NCBI RefSeq assembly: GCF_035084215.1
Contig: NC_090363.1
Coordinates: 2,418,001 to 2,482,000 of the forward strand
DNA from: Heptranchias perlo
Taxonomy: Eukaryota
Direction: 5' to 3'
Length of the DNA: 64,000 nucleotides
Shown: positions 62,966-64,000 of the stretch, in pieces
How the letters are laid out: each line of letters opens with the position of its first letter
How positions within the stretch are numbered: the first letter of the stretch is position 1
Notes under the pieces: generated by a model
What the model was told of the DNA's origin: nothing
What the model saw: the letters and a program-made list of their open reading frames with translations, nothing else
The model's database searches: none
Made by a program: the position numbers and the translations under genes

Positions 62966-64000
62966 ATGTAACATTTTTCAAAAAATTAAATCAATGTCTA
63001 ACTACGGCATGTTGATGACTGTGGAGGTGAATACTCTTCCCTCGAAATTGTATGGGAATTCTCCCGCAAAAACGGGATCAAATTTGCGGTCGCCAAAAGG
63101 AGTTTGACATTTGTTTTAGTATCCTAGCAGTTGATCAATTACCATCCCCTTGGACTTTAGAATATGCGCTCGGTGGTCAGGATACCTGACTTGCTGTGTA
63201 CCCCGAGCTCTCTGATTAAGCCAACTGGGTGAATCGTGAGAATCCCGCTCCCGAGTTCACTGTATGTGGACTCCCGTGAACACATCTCTTGCAATGAGAG
63301 TGAAACGGGTTAACTCACCCCAATTTCTGCTCCCCCCCCCCCTTCCCATAGCTCGGTTGGTGTGCAATTAACCATGGTCCATGTGAATTCCTGGACTGGT
63401 TTCCATCGCCTGAGTGGGGTCGGAGAGGAATTTTCCAGAGTATTTTTTCCCTTATAAGCCCTGGGTCTTGTCTCTGGGTTTTTTTTTGCGGAGAGGGGGG
63501 TAGCCTTTAGTCACCATGGTCAGGCCATCATTGCGTGGGGCATTGGGTGGACCGGCTGGTATTTTCCTGCAGGTCAATTTTGTACGTTGGTAAACCATAC
63601 AAACTGATAGCGCTAGAAATTCGTCTTGGCCAGTAGCGCAAAACGGGCGAAATAGCATCAGCCGCCTTTTATACGCTCCACCCGATATTGGATTCCATTG
63701 ACTTCGTATAACGGGCGGCCGCTGCGATAACGCCCGTTTTGAGTCACTAGATTGGACGAATTTCTACCCATGAAGGATAGGATTTAGCCCTGTTTCGTTA
63801 GCTGACAGCGGAAACAACAGTTAAACAGTGGGCCAGCATTTTTTGCTTTCCAGTTTTCTCGTTACAGTGATGGGTGGAAAATCGGAGGCTGGCGAGCGCG
63901 GAAGTGGCGAACTCTGCCCATGGTCTCGGAGCCCCTGGGTTAAGCCAGCCATCCAAGGCCGTAGGCTGTAAGGGCCAGGATATTCTAATTGCCGTTTTAA

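Overview
Eukaryotic, repeat-rich vertebrate DNA. A cartilaginous fish (shark) origin is inferred from the SINE/LINE types and gene style. The window holds a cluster of class IV TRIM genes (RING-B-box2-coiled coil-PRY/SPRY; TRIM39/TRIM69/A33/NF7-like) with the six-exon layout ~400/96/234/23/110-116/~550 nt. TRIM-A is on the minus strand (exons 1-5 at 2717-871; its PRY-SPRY exon is not in the window). TRIM-B is on the plus strand (19336-34769, 478 aa) and TRIM-C on the minus strand (62157-53751, 478 aa). An orphan, MITE-disrupted PRY-SPRY pseudo-exon lies at 12438-13124. The rest is mobile DNA: CR1 LINEs (one with a near-intact ORF2), L2 and Zenon-like LINE fragments, Deu-domain tRNA-SINEs, two decayed PIF/Harbinger elements with many MITEs, a Penelope element with an inverted terminal repeat, and a 3.56 kb 20-bp minisatellite. 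The most notable observations are an apparent gene-conversion tract over an unusual B-box2 shared by TRIM-B and TRIM-C, a shared shifted splice acceptor, an ISRE/AP-1/ETS module just upstream of the TRIM-A start, and a minisatellite that appears to have grown out of a SINE B-box at a MITE junction. No prokaryotic system or CRISPR array is present. Everything was read by eye and no database searches were run.
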